Of a stretch of 64,000 nt of DNA, positions 42,292 to 53,315 are shown piece after piece (the first letter of the stretch is position 1; every line of letters begins with the position of its first letter). Position numbers and translations under genes: made by a program. Origin of the DNA: Nitrospirales bacterium. GTDB taxonomy: Bacteria > Nitrospirota > Nitrospiria > Nitrospirales > UBA8639. Where the stretch lies: NCBI GenBank assembly GCA_963555755.3, contig OY820905.2, positions 1,088,001 through 1,152,000 of the forward strand. Reading direction: 5' to 3'. The notes below the pieces were generated by a model. The model ran no database searches and was not told the DNA's origin. It saw nothing but the letters and a program-made list of their open reading frames with translations.

Positions 42292-42729
42292 ATGGCACAA
42301 AACGACCCCCTCTCAGCGTCAGCGACCCAAGACACCAAACCGGCCATTGAATCCGAGGCAGAAGCTGGCTTGACACCAACTCCTCAGAATTCAACACTCC
42401 CTTTTCTCTGCCGTAAACCTGTCAGGATCACGCTATACTCCCTTTTGGGAGCCTTTGCGCTGTTTGTGATTCTCTGGGGGTTTTTGCCTGCATTCCTCGA
42501 CCCCACTTTCGAACAACATATTGAGGATAAAGAAGTTATTGCCGGAATGACGCGTGACCAGGCCATGAAGGCTTGGGGATCACCGTACCAAATGAATGTG
42601 ACGTATACCGACCGTGGCCTTCGGAGAGAAGAGTGGGTCTATGAAGATTGGATCGACGCAGGGTCGGTTCAGCACCGATACCTCTATTTCGAAGAAGGCA
42701 TTCTCGTCGGCGGGTGGGATTACAAATAA
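42292..42729 (+). CDS. membrane-anchored hypothetical protein (SmpA/OmlA-like fold)
   Basis: single TM helix; GMTRDQ..AWGSP..EEWVY..YLYFEEG.L. Confidence 0.7.
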   Translation: MAQNDPLSASATQDTKPAIESEAEAGLTPTPQNSTLPFLCRKPVRITLYSLLGAFALFVILWGFLPAFLDPTFEQHIEDKEVIAGMTRDQAMKAWGSPYQMNVTYTDRGLRREEWVYEDWIDAGSVQHRYLYFEEGILVGGWDYK

Positions 42730-42818
42730 CCCCGACCCCGGCCAAATCCATCACACCCTCCTGACAGTTCGCTAATCTCTGACGGGCTTCTAGGGTCAAT
42801 TGAAACTGGTCACACTCA

Positions 42819-43109
42819 CTACGGCGTTTCTGTGATTTGTGCACGCCGCCCGCTTACGCCCCCGCCACTGATAATTAACACCCGTTTCCATTCCCGGATT
42901 TGATACACAGCCCAGGCATTGGATTCCCCTTTGAAATACGCATCAGGATCTTCACCCTTGGCGCTTAAATATGTGGGTTCAGTAAACCCCTCATCCAACA
43001 CATAATCCAGTAAATTATCCGTGGTGAGCCCTTCTCCCTTCAACGAGACGTCAACTAAAAAATTCAAAATTTGCGCGGGGTCAGCAAGATTGATCGGGGC
43101 CATTGCCAT
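42819..43109 (-). CDS. hypothetical protein
   Basis: 96-aa ORF with GAGGGAG RBS. Confidence 0.65.
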   Translation of the reverse strand: MAMAPINLADPAQILNFLVDVSLKGEGLTTDNLLDYVLDEGFTEPTYLSAKGEDPDAYFKGESNAWAVYQIREWKRVLIISGGGVSGRRAQITETP

Positions 43110-43279
43110 ATTGATTCTCCCTCAAGTATGCTAAGATAGATGTAGACATTGTAGTTTCGAGATTTTGGAAAAGGCAAATTTTTCCCAATTAAGCCCAAGC
43201 AACAATATTCTGATAAAGTTGTACCCTCCCACACACTACACAACTGGACACACCTTATCACAGAACCTGAGGGACTTGT

Positions 43280-44029
43280 ATGATTTGGAAGCTCTCGGCT
43301 GACCAGTTTCGCGAACGCCTATTTGACGTCATCAACCGCAAACAACACTGGTCGACTCCATACTTTAATGGAAGCACCACGACCAAGGCGCAACTCAATA
43401 TTCATTTTCGTCAAGAGTATGCCGTCTACATCCGAGACTTTTCCGTTCTTCTCGGTCGGCTGCTTGGCAAAAACCCTCCATGGCAAATGCGGCGTCAACT
43501 GGCCACGACGATCTACGAAAAAGAAACTGGCGGACTCTCTCTCGGAAAACCCCATCAAGAACTCTTTTTACACATGATGTTGGGGCTTGGCTATCCACGC
43601 GCGGAATTTCGTGACGTGGAACTGCTTTCGCGAAGTTTTGCATACCGGGAATGGCTCGATAACATATGTCAAAAAGAGGAGTGGATCATGAGCGCAGCAG
43701 TTTTGACGCTTCTCGTAGAAGGGTCAGCCAAAGATCGGGAAGAGGTCTTCAACCAAAACCCAAAAAAATCCAAAGGCGACATTGAAGACATCGTCTTAAA
43801 ACACCCACTCGTGGTTTACCATGGCCTCGACCCCAACCACATGGATCTTGTGCGTGTCCGGGAAATGACCGAACCGGGCAATCGACGAATCGTTTACGAT
43901 CTCATTGTTAAAGAAGCTATCGCAAGCGGACAGTCGACTCTAGTCTTAGAGCGCTTAGAAGAAGGCTTGAAGTTATGGCTCCAATACCGCGACGGCATTG
44001 CTCGCGCGTGCGGCCTGCGGCAAGTGTAA
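43280..44029 (+). CDS. heme-oxygenase-like (TenA/PqqC/CADD-type) protein
   Basis: QL..HF.QEY..YIRDF, YEKETGG....PH.ELF, VEGS. Confidence 0.7.
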   Translation: MIWKLSADQFRERLFDVINRKQHWSTPYFNGSTTTKAQLNIHFRQEYAVYIRDFSVLLGRLLGKNPPWQMRRQLATTIYEKETGGLSLGKPHQELFLHMMLGLGYPRAEFRDVELLSRSFAYREWLDNICQKEEWIMSAAVLTLLVEGSAKDREEVFNQNPKKSKGDIEDIVLKHPLVVYHGLDPNHMDLVRVREMTEPGNRRIVYDLIVKEAIASGQSTLVLERLEEGLKLWLQYRDGIARACGLRQV

Positions 44030-44090
44030 ATCATCCCGCAACACCCCGCCGCCACCTACCTATTGATTCGGGTCAGCATTGTTATAGCTC

Positions 44091-44450
44091 TCACCTAACC
44101 AACACGTAATGCAGTGCCGTATCCGCTAATATCGCTGCCCAGGCCACAGCGTTTACCAAAAAGAGTTTCCGCTGATGTTGCCCCCACGCACGGTACATGG
44201 CCCACACAATACACACCTGGGTGAGAATGGAGAACGGTCGATGAACATGTGCGGACATCCCCCCACTTTCGCTCGCAATCGCCGAGACTGCGGCTAACAG
44301 ATAGAAAATCAACGCTCCAGATTGAATCCACACGGCCTGTCGTCCATGTGCCTGACGGACCACATACACCATGGCCCACGTTAAACACACCACCACGACA
44401 AGAAGTAATAAAGGAAATAAAGGCCAAAGTGTTTTTGCGCTCAGTGCCAA
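44091..44450 (-). CDS. hypothetical membrane protein
   Basis: four hydrophobic segments. Confidence 0.65.
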   Translation of the reverse strand: MALSAKTLWPLFPLLLLVVVVCLTWAMVYVVRQAHGRQAVWIQSGALIFYLLAAVSAIASESGGMSAHVHRPFSILTQVCIVWAMYRAWGQHQRKLFLVNAVAWAAILADTALHYVLVR

Positions 44451-44590
44451 GGCGAATTCTGCAGTAATATTGTTAAGGAGGTATACTCCGCAACTTTGTG
44501 CACTCTTCTCAGTGAAAAGTCAATTGATCGCGAGCCCTCAAAGACGTTTCATCGCGCCGGCAATTTTGGTAACCTACTCAACAACGAGCT

Positions 44591-45750
44591 ATGCTTACAC
44601 TCCAACCTACATTCCGCCTGCTTAAGACCTGAGAGAAAATAACTTGGATACTATCGCGTCAAGATTTGAGTCGAATTTGGACGGAACGATTGAGGAAAAC
44701 CCGAGGCATAGCACAGCTATGTCGAGGGTTTTTCGATTGAGGCCCGTTCAAAGATGGCCCGAAGATTGGATGCGAGATGTGCAAGTTATTTTCTCTCAGG
44801 TCCTTAGCCTTTGCGCCCTCGTGTACTTGATGAGTAGTTGCTCCTGGACTCCGCGCGTGGAAACCTCGATTTATGAAGGGCCACAAGTTTCGGTCTCGCT
44901 CATCACCGTCTCAGATGAATCCTTTGAGGCGGATCATCCAGTCACGTTACAAACAGATACCTTGGCCCACGTCCTTCGGGGCCTCCAAATTCGACGAAGT
45001 AAGCGTTTACTCCAAAAGATTTTTTCCGGTGAGGCAACCCCCCAACGGGTTTTGACCGAAGAACAGATTGCCATATTGGCCCCTCAATTGCAGAAAGCTT
45101 TTTCGCAAGTGACCCCGGAAGAACACGTCATCTTCCAAACCACGGGCACTCATGAGACAGGGATTCGCGCAATCAAAGGGATCATGTACGTCCATGGCGA
45201 TAATCTTTATGTCACATTGAATTTGGAGACCCACAGTTCACACACCTCCACAAAATCTGGTGGAAAGGGATTACGTGCGGATCAAGAGGGTGGCAGATTG
45301 CCCGTTGTGATCTTTTCTCCTAAGGAGGCCCTTCGTGCGATGAAGCAACCTCATGGACTCCTTGGTGGTGAAAAAACCAATCATATCGTCATTAATGTTC
45401 CACTCCTTGCATCATTCCACAGACAGAACCCCACAAACGCACTTCAAACCGAACAGGAAAGATCCAAAACCCTTCCCACCTCTTCTCCCAATTTTGAAAG
45501 CACCATTAATAAGGAAACGGACAAAGGGGCAGATACAAGTTCGATGCCCCATTCCCCAACATCAGCTAATAAGGAAACGGACAAAGGGGCAGATACAAGT
45601 TCGACGGCCCATTCCCCAACATCAGCTCGGATGCCGAAAAACCCAGTCACACAAACATTGATGGAAGAAATCAAGGCACTTCGAAAAGAGCTCGCAGAAC
45701 AAAAAAAGGCGATTGAGCAGTTAAAACAAGAAGAAGGGAGACCCCGTTAA
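44591..45750 (+). CDS. lipoprotein whose signal peptide is interrupted by MITE B; may be expressed from a MITE ATG at 44770
   Basis: removing the MITE and one TTA restores MLTLQPTFRLLSLCALVYLMSSC; C-terminal coiled coil. Confidence 0.7.
44625..44803. mobile_element. MITE family B
   Basis: AGACCTGAGAGAAAATAACTTG...CAAGTTATTTTCTCTCAGGTCC, TTA TSD. Confidence 0.92.
45507..45627 (+). repeat. 60-bp in-frame tandem duplication
   Basis: NKETDKGADTSS(M/T)(P/A)HSPTSA x2. Confidence 0.9.
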
Positions 45751-45877
45751 GACGCCTCAAGCTATTGAGGCCTGCCCCGAGTTAAATCGAATGTCCCCCT
45801 TTGGAAAAGGGGGCAAGGGGGATTTTCAAATCAATTGTTCCGCTCAATACTCTGCTGCTTGTGGTGGGGATTCTTTA

Positions 45878-46018
45878 GGGCACCTCTAAAAACCGTCCTT
45901 TTCCGTGTTGGCCGCGTCAGCCGCGTGCTCAAATCCTCATGTATTCGCCCATACACTCCGGTTTTCCGCGCGCGGCTTCCTTGCCCTCACAAAAAATGCC
46001 CGGTTTTTAGAGGTGCCC
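45878..46018. mobile_element. MITE family G (IS5-like ends)
   Basis: 18-bp perfect TIR GGGCACCTCTAAAAACCG, TTTA TSD. Confidence 0.85.
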
Positions 46019-46063
46019 TTTATTATCAAATTGAACTTTTATTAACGAATTCGTATTAGCTAA

Positions 46064-46243
46064 GGACCTGAGAGAAAATAACTTGAACAATTTCGCGCCA
46101 AGATTTGGGTTGGATTTGGACGGAACGATTGAGAAAAACCCGAGGCATAGCACAGCTATGGTGAGGGTTTTTCGATTGAGGCCCGTTCAAAGATGGCCCG
46201 AAGATTGGATGCGAAATTGTTCAATTTATTTTCTCTCAGGTCC
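46064..46243. mobile_element. MITE family B
   Basis: GGACCTGAGAGAAAATAA TIR, TAA TSD; supplies the mutT stop codon. Confidence 0.92.
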
Positions 46244-46643
46244 TAACCCCAGCCCGGTCCCGAAGTCGAGCCACCACAGGATCATCAGCGGGCGGGAATG
46301 CAAAGTTCACCAATTCCACAGGAGTCACCCATCGAAAATCGGCGCATCCGAGCGGCTGAACTTCTCCCTGCGAAATCGAGCAGGAGAAAAAATGTAACTC
46401 TACTTCCTTTTCTGGATATTCGTGCTGAATGACCATGAAGGGAGTTGGCTGCGTCACCTCAACCCCTAACTCTTCATGCACCTCTCGAAGTACGCAAGCC
46501 TCCAAACTCTCTCCGGGTTCTCGTTTTCCACCGGGGAACTCCCAAAACCCCGCTAAATGGGTCAGTGGTCTTCGTTGGGTAATGAGGTATCGACCATCAC
46601 ATTCAATCACTGCAGCGGCAACTTGAATAAAATTTTTGGACAT
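46236..46643 (-). CDS. mutT: MutT/NudG-type NUDIX pyrophosphohydrolase
   Basis: [28 protein letters not shown]. Confidence 0.85.
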   Translation of the reverse strand: MSKNFIQVAAAVIECDGRYLITQRRPLTHLAGFWEFPGGKREPGESLEACVLREVHEELGVEVTQPTPFMVIQHEYPEKEVELHFFSCSISQGEVQPLGCADFRWVTPVELVNFAFPPADDPVVARLRDRAGVRT

Positions 46644-46655
46644 AGGAATAGCCGG

Positions 46656-47369
46656 TTATTTCGTTTCTGCAGGATAGGCTTGGCAAAAATCCCGCATCGG
46701 GCACAACATACATTTTGGATTTCGCGCCGTACACATCACCGCGCCAAAATCCATCAGGGCCTGATTGAAATCATACCCTTTCCCTTTGGGGATCAACTCT
46801 TCCGACATCACCCACAGTCGAGGCTTTCTCGTTTTCGGATCGCCATTCCCCAAAAACACGCGATGCAACACGCGCATGACATTGGTATCTAGAATAGGCG
46901 CATCTTCATTAAAGGCAAAGGAACGCACAGCACCCGCGGTATAACGGCCAATGCCCTTCATCGCCTGAAGCTTCTCGGGATCCTTTGGAATGGTGGCGCC
47001 ATACTGCTCAACGGCCTCGCAGGCGATACTATGCAATCGATAGGGACGAACATTATAGCCAAGGGGATACCAAGTCTTGCGCACATCATCCGGTTTGGCC
47101 GCAGCAAGATCTTTCAGCGTGGGGTACCTTCCTAAAAATTCGTGGTACTTTGGAATCACCCGATCAACCTGCGTTTGTTGCAGCATCACTTCTGACACCA
47201 AAATCTTGTAGGGATCGGACGTTCGCCGCCAGGGTAAGTCCCGCCCAAATTCGTCGTACCACTTCAAAAGTCGATTCTGGAAACGCCGCTTGGGACCACG
47301 GTCAATACTTGGTGCCGACGCTGAGGTTTTCACTGCAGATTTTTTCGGGGACTTCTTCACAGGTGCCAT
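46656..47369 (-). CDS. mutY: A/G-specific adenine glycosylase, short form without the NUDIX-like tail
   Basis: RDLPWR, VSEVMLQQTQV, GIGRYTAGA, DTNV.RV, C....P.C..CP....C. Confidence 0.9.
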   Translation of the reverse strand: MAPVKKSPKKSAVKTSASAPSIDRGPKRRFQNRLLKWYDEFGRDLPWRRTSDPYKILVSEVMLQQTQVDRVIPKYHEFLGRYPTLKDLAAAKPDDVRKTWYPLGYNVRPYRLHSIACEAVEQYGATIPKDPEKLQAMKGIGRYTAGAVRSFAFNEDAPILDTNVMRVLHRVFLGNGDPKTRKPRLWVMSEELIPKGKGYDFNQALMDFGAVMCTARNPKCMLCPMRDFCQAYPAETK

Positions 47370-47446
47370 ACGTGGCAGGATTCTAGGGATTGAGGCCAAG
47401 CGAATGCAAGACAAGCAAAAACCCGGGCACCTGTATTCTCCGGTTT

Positions 47447-48355
47447 TTATGACTTGATGGGAGAGGGGTGAACGGAAGTCAATCCAATGTCGTCCGGCTT
47501 TTTAGTAATTATTTGCGCGGCATCAACTACAGTGGGGGGAGTAAGATTCAATTCGGCAAACTGACTCAGTTGCGCATTCACCAGAATATCCAATGCCGAG
47601 AGTAGCTGGCGGGTCTTGGCTTGCGACGAGCCCATGACGGGGCGGCCTTGAATTTTTGTCGGATGCATGTGGTTGGTGACCCCATACTTATTGGTCGCCA
47701 ACGGAATAGAAGTTCCGGAAAACGGAAGAGGCACGGTGATCTTAATAAGCCCGTCTTTCGATATCGGTTTCCAATTTATGTTTTGCAAACTTTTGCCTAA
47801 CGCATGCCCAATTTCATGAAGTGCCACCGAAAACAAATCAATATATGCCCCCTTTGCGAACTCGCCAACCGGTTGAGAATAGACTCTGCTCACCACGATC
47901 TTACCGCCCCCTAAGTCCTGGGTCATTTCTTTGTATGACTGAAATTCTTCATGGAGATGGGGAGTGGCATCCAACCACCACTGAAAATTTCCCGGATTCG
48001 TATTGTTGTTGAACAGGATCGTGCCTACGGTTTCTCGATTGGGCGAACCTCCCTGTTGGTTCAAGGTGTGCAAGCCTCCCCCAACAGGCGCCCATCCGAA
48101 ATTCAGAACCAAGGTGTGATCATCTTGAATGGCATGCTCCCAATAATCGGCAGCAGCGTTAAAAATGGCCTGTAAATTCCCGTTCCCAATCGCCGTCGGC
48201 TGCGGTGTCCCGCCCTGATAATGGCGAATAATGTCGAGTGCCTTGGCTTCTCTGACATTCACAGAGCTAGCAAAAACTACCATCATGAGTCCAAAAAAGA
48301 ACGCTCTCCCCCATCTTCCGGAGGCAATGTATCGAAGTTGATCATTCAGGATCAT
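47447..48355 (-). CDS. secreted zinc metallopeptidase-like protein
   Basis: signal peptide (AKA), VALHEIGHALG; GGAGG RBS. Confidence 0.75.
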   Translation of the reverse strand: MILNDQLRYIASGRWGRAFFFGLMMVVFASSVNVREAKALDIIRHYQGGTPQPTAIGNGNLQAIFNAAADYWEHAIQDDHTLVLNFGWAPVGGGLHTLNQQGGSPNRETVGTILFNNNTNPGNFQWWLDATPHLHEEFQSYKEMTQDLGGGKIVVSRVYSQPVGEFAKGAYIDLFSVALHEIGHALGKSLQNINWKPISKDGLIKITVPLPFSGTSIPLATNKYGVTNHMHPTKIQGRPVMGSSQAKTRQLLSALDILVNAQLSQFAELNLTPPTVVDAAQIITKKPDDIGLTSVHPSPIKS

Positions 48356-48451
48356 CAGCTTCCTCCAGGTTTGAGAGTGTAAGTTCCTAATCGTTATGGC
48401 ATATTGACTCCTTGGATCCGCTAACAAGCAGCATCCGTTGCAGGAGATATC

Positions 48452-48466
48452 GCAAGCCGCATGCCA
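48452..48466 (-). promoter_or_regulatory. putative sigma54 (-24/-12) promoter
   Basis: TGGCATGCGGCTTGC about 100 bp upstream of the peptidase ATG. Confidence 0.6.
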
Positions 48467-48898
48467 ACCCAGCCTCAAAGCTATAATTCATTCTTGCCTT
48501 CCTATAACTATTTGAATAAGATAGCGATTTCTGCCACCATGCATTTTGCCAAGACAGCCCATCGCTACCAGGATCGCCCTAAGGCCCAACATCAATAGTA
48601 AAAAAACCCGACACGCAGATGCTGTTACGCCGGCACAAAGATAACAAAACTATGAACTTTCAATACGTTGGGAATCGCAAACAGATTGGAAAAAATTCCG
48701 ACAGTAGTGGGGGCAAAATACGTGGAGAACTTTCAGCAGCAGGAACAACTCATTGATCATACATTTGACACCATTGACATTGGAATCGAATAATCAGTGC
48801 GGTTCAGCTTTACAAGTGTTTTCCCAAAAGGATATTTTCTTTAGGGAAGCAGAGGGCAGCGATAAAACTAATATTCACTTAACCAGGAGTAGTACAGT

Positions 48899-49102
48899 AT
48901 GAGTACCGGTACCGTAAAATGGTTCAGTTCAAGCAAAGGTTATGGGTTCATCACTCCAGACGATGGAGGGAAGGATCTGTTCGTACACCACTCTGAAGTC
49001 AAAACCTCTGGCTATGCCACGCTCGATGACGGCCAGAAAGTAGAATACGAAGTCGGAGAGGGCCAGAAGGGCCCATGTGCAAAAAACGTTGTGCCAAGTT
49101 AA
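48899..49102 (+). CDS. cspA: cold-shock protein
   Basis: GTVKWF...KGYGFI, DLFVHHS, GQKGP.A; AGGAG RBS. Confidence 0.95.
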   Translation: MSTGTVKWFSSSKGYGFITPDDGGKDLFVHHSEVKTSGYATLDDGQKVEYEVGEGQKGPCAKNVVPS

Positions 49103-49464
49103 TTGGATGGCCCACAACGTCATAATACAAGAAGGCAAACGGCCAAAAAGGAAAGTGTGGCAAGCATTGTATTGAATATTGACTTTGTGAAACTACACCC
49201 ATAAATCCTCACTCATGGCCTCTGCATTAGGTATTTCCTGGCCCGTCTATGTTCGGGAGGAGGACAGGGATTAACAAGTAGGCAAAGAAAGATTTAACCT
49301 TTCTCCCAAAGACTCACGATAGGAAGCTCTTTCCACTCGGTGAACGGGTCGGGGCAGATCAATTGTCCAACCAACTTGAGGTCAGCCCCGGCCATCAGCC
49401 GACAAGCATTCGCTTTTTCTTCTCCGCCATTGACCCTGAAGACAAACCCCTTCGGTCGAAAGAC

Positions 49465-49725
49465 GCGCGCCAAGATTTGGGACCGATTTGGAGGGAACAA
49501 TTGAGAAACACCCGAGGCATAGCACAGCTATGGTGAGGGTGTTTCGATTGAGGCCCGTTCAACCTAGAAACAGCAGTTGGGCGCAAAAAAGCCGTGTAAG
49601 ATATTGGGGTGCATGGTGAAATACAAAAAGTCGTGGTCACCTCGGTGGTGATAAGACATTTTTGTATTTTGCCAGATGCGCCAAGAGCTTGCGCGGACTT
49701 TTGTGATCCAACTGCCGTTTCTAGG
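49465..49725. mobile_element. truncated MITE B interior plus full MITE A (49563-49725)
   Basis: A inserted after GGCCCGTTCAA, the same B site as at 16105 and 21564. Confidence 0.85.
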
Positions 49726-49824
49726 TTTAAGCTGGGCCTGTTGAATACCTCACCCCAATATCCAAATAAAAACTCCAGATGAGCCAAGCATCGTCAATTG
49801 AAGGGAATGTTCAAAAAGCATGCC

Positions 49825-51042
<1,218 letters not shown>

Positions 51043-51441
51043 GTCTTTCCGAAGGGTCTATCCAGTCCTGTCCTGAGCAGAGTCGAAGGAAAGGCCGCAG
51101 CCGTTTTGACGCGCGGAGCGTACTCATAGTACGTGAGCACGGCAAAAGGGCGACCTGCCTACGCGAAACCGCTTCGGCAGGCAGGGAACGCCGCTGGCTT
51201 GTCAGCCGTAGCTTTAGCGAAGGCTGGCGGCTTTTTTCAACATTCCCAAGCTGTCTAATTCGTTGACTCTGTGTGGAGGTCAGATCCTGAAGAGTGCCGG
51301 CGGCAATTTCCTCGTAGTGAGGCCTAGACCATTTCAAGGCTCGCTGGATTTCGAACCAGAATCGATTCTGAATGGAAAGAAGTCGTAGGAAAGGAGAAAT
51401 AATAAGGACGCTTCATGCCTGAAGAAAGGCTCATGAGCTAT

Positions 51442-51528
51442 TGGTGCGGGAGACGGGAATTGAACCCGTATGCCCTCGCGGGCGCAGGATTTTAAGTCCT
51501 GTGCGTATACCAATTCCGCCACTCCCGC
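51442..51528 (-). tRNA. tRNA-Leu (anticodon TAA)
   Basis: GCGGGAG acceptor stem, CAGGA-CTTAAAA-TCCTG anticodon arm, long variable arm, GGTTCAATTCC, CCA end. Confidence 0.97.
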
Positions 51529-51540
51529 ACAGCGGACGTC

Positions 51541-51569
51541 ACTTTACCATCGTAGCCATGGACAGGCAA
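51541..51569 (-). promoter_or_regulatory. putative tRNA promoter
   Basis: TTGCCT-N17-TAAAGT with extended -10 TG. Confidence 0.5.
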
Positions 51570-51678
51570 GAAGAGAGGATTCGAGATAATCGGGGAAAAG
51601 GGCAATCAACTGTTGACAAAAAAAGAGGCAGCGTGTGGCCACGCTGCCTCTTTGTATGCGGAGTAATGCTGCCAGGTA

Positions 51679-52617
51679 TTAGTGATGAAGCTGCAAATGC
51701 CCCCGGCGATTCAACTGATAGCATTGGTCATTATTGCCAAAACAAAATGGGCGTTCTTTGCCGTAGGAAATCACTTGAATCTTGTGATTCTCAACACCTA
51801 GGTCTACGAGGTAGGCTCGCACGGCTCCGGCTCGCTTCTTCCCAAGGACGAGATTGTAATCCCGGCTTCCTCGTTGGTCACAATGGCCCTCTACGGTTAT
51901 GCCGCGACTTTGGTTTTGATCCAACCATTCTGCGTCGTGGGCCAAGGCTTGCCTTCCATTTTGCGAAATTCGCCAGCTATTGAATTCAAAAAACACATCT
52001 TGCAATTCCACTTGCACCCGTGAAAATTGACCACTCTGAGCCCCCCGGTCCATCCCACGAGAAGCAAACGGTTGGGCTTCGGCAATATTGTCATAGTCCT
52101 CTTGAATAAATTCTTCCGCCATAAAGCCACCTTGACCATTGCGATACCCCTGGCCTGATGCCCAGTTGCCTCCATTCCCACCACCATATTCTTGAAGACC
52201 GGCAAGGGGACCGGAATTGGCCCAGGACTCCGAATTGTTTTGATTGTCCCCGAAGTAGGTAAGCCCACTTTGTGCCGAATTTTGTGTGCCGTACTCCCCT
52301 GCTTGTGCAGTGGCTTCACCTTGCTGAGACCAACCAGGTTGCCCTGTGCCTCGCCAAGATCCAAATGGATGGTCTGCACCGCCTTGGTTGTCTGCACCGC
52401 CTTGGTTGTCTGCACCGCCTTGGTTATCTGCACCGCCTTGGTTGTCTGCACCGCCTTGGTTATCTGCACCGCCTTGGTTGTCCGCGTATTGGGCACCCTG
52501 TTCAAATGTCTCTGAATCAGCTGTGACTCGAACCGATTTTTGGCTACAACCTTGCCCGATCAGCAAGGCCAGTGCAGCAAGACCAACAATTTTCAAAATT
52601 TCTCGACCCGTTGCCAT
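51679..52617 (-). CDS. Pal/OmpA-family peptidoglycan-associated lipoprotein with long low-complexity linker
   Basis: lipobox GQGC; DVFF.F, VEGHCDQRGS..YN..LG..RA, SYGKERP, NRR; AGGAGG RBS. Confidence 0.9.
   Translation of the reverse strand: MATGREILKIVGLAALALLIGQGCSQKSVRVTADSETFEQGAQYADNQGGADNQGGADNQGGADNQGGADNQGGADNQGGADHPFGSWRGTGQPGWSQQGEATAQAGEYGTQNSAQSGLTYFGDNQNNSESWANSGPLAGLQEYGGGNGGNWASGQGYRNGQGGFMAEEFIQEDYDNIAEAQPFASRGMDRGAQSGQFSRVQVELQDVFFEFNSWRISQNGRQALAHDAEWLDQNQSRGITVEGHCDQRGSRDYNLVLGKKRAGAVRAYLVDLGVENHKIQVISYGKERPFCFGNNDQCYQLNRRGHLQLHH
52372..52479 (-). repeat. 18-bp tandem repeat x6 encoding ADNQGG
   Basis: (G/A)TCTGCACCGCCTTGGTT units on the + strand, no spacers. Confidence 0.95.
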
Positions 52618-53074
52618 AATACTTCCTCCTTGTTCTTGACACGAGGCCCTCTCACTGGCCCCTTGTATGGGATGTCGATTCCTTTTTTCTCTGTACTTTT
52701 CTAGTTCCTTCCTGCCCACCAAAATTATTCTAGGGTGTTCTTCTTACTTATTGACTAATCCACGAACATCTGAATTTAGACTAAACAATTGTGAAATGTA
52801 TCGGTACAAATCAAAAAAAACTTGAGTTAACATAAGGAGTTATGAATTGAAAGTGAGGATTGACAATTCGCCTAGTAAGTAGAAAAAACTAGCGGAATGT
52901 TGCCAAAACCACACCAAAGACGAGTACTCGGACCCTGGTGCCAATCTGTCAGGGCAATAAATCCGGTAAAAACCCGTTTCTGGATAAAGACTTCTTAAAG
53001 AGGATAGGGGAAGAGAACTTTGTGGAAAACGGGCCTCACTAAGGTTTCCTGGAGAACCCTGGGAAACCTTGGAA

Positions 53075-53265
53075 GGGAATGTTGAAAAAAGCCGCCAGCG
53101 GCGTTCTCGCCATTTTGCCGTGCTCACGTACTGTGAGTACGCTCCGCTCGTCAAAATGGCTGCGGCCATGCTGGACGAATTTTTTTTGAACATTCCCTCC
53201 CACTGACGATGCGTGGCTCATTGGGAGCTTTTATTGGCTGTTGGAGTGCAATATTCAACAGGCCC
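53075..53265 (-). mobile_element. MITE H long copy, uninterrupted
   Basis: GGGAATGTTGAAAAAA / TTTTTTGAACATTCCC plus a 70-bp extension homologous to 49734-49802. Confidence 0.8.
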
Positions 53266-53315
53266 TGGAAGGCGGGCAAATAGATGTGCAATTGGACCAA
53301 TGAAAAAAATGGGGG

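Noticed and set aside
48765..48795. cspA promoter from tandem TTGACA boxes
   Set aside because: No -10 hexamer at acceptable spacing could be assigned confidently
51442..51528. tRNA-Leu as an island attachment site
   Set aside because: No duplicated tRNA 3' end or integrase seen in the window
52372..52479. Regular short repeats as a CRISPR array
   Set aside because: Units are contiguous with no spacers, in frame within a CDS, and no cas genes are present
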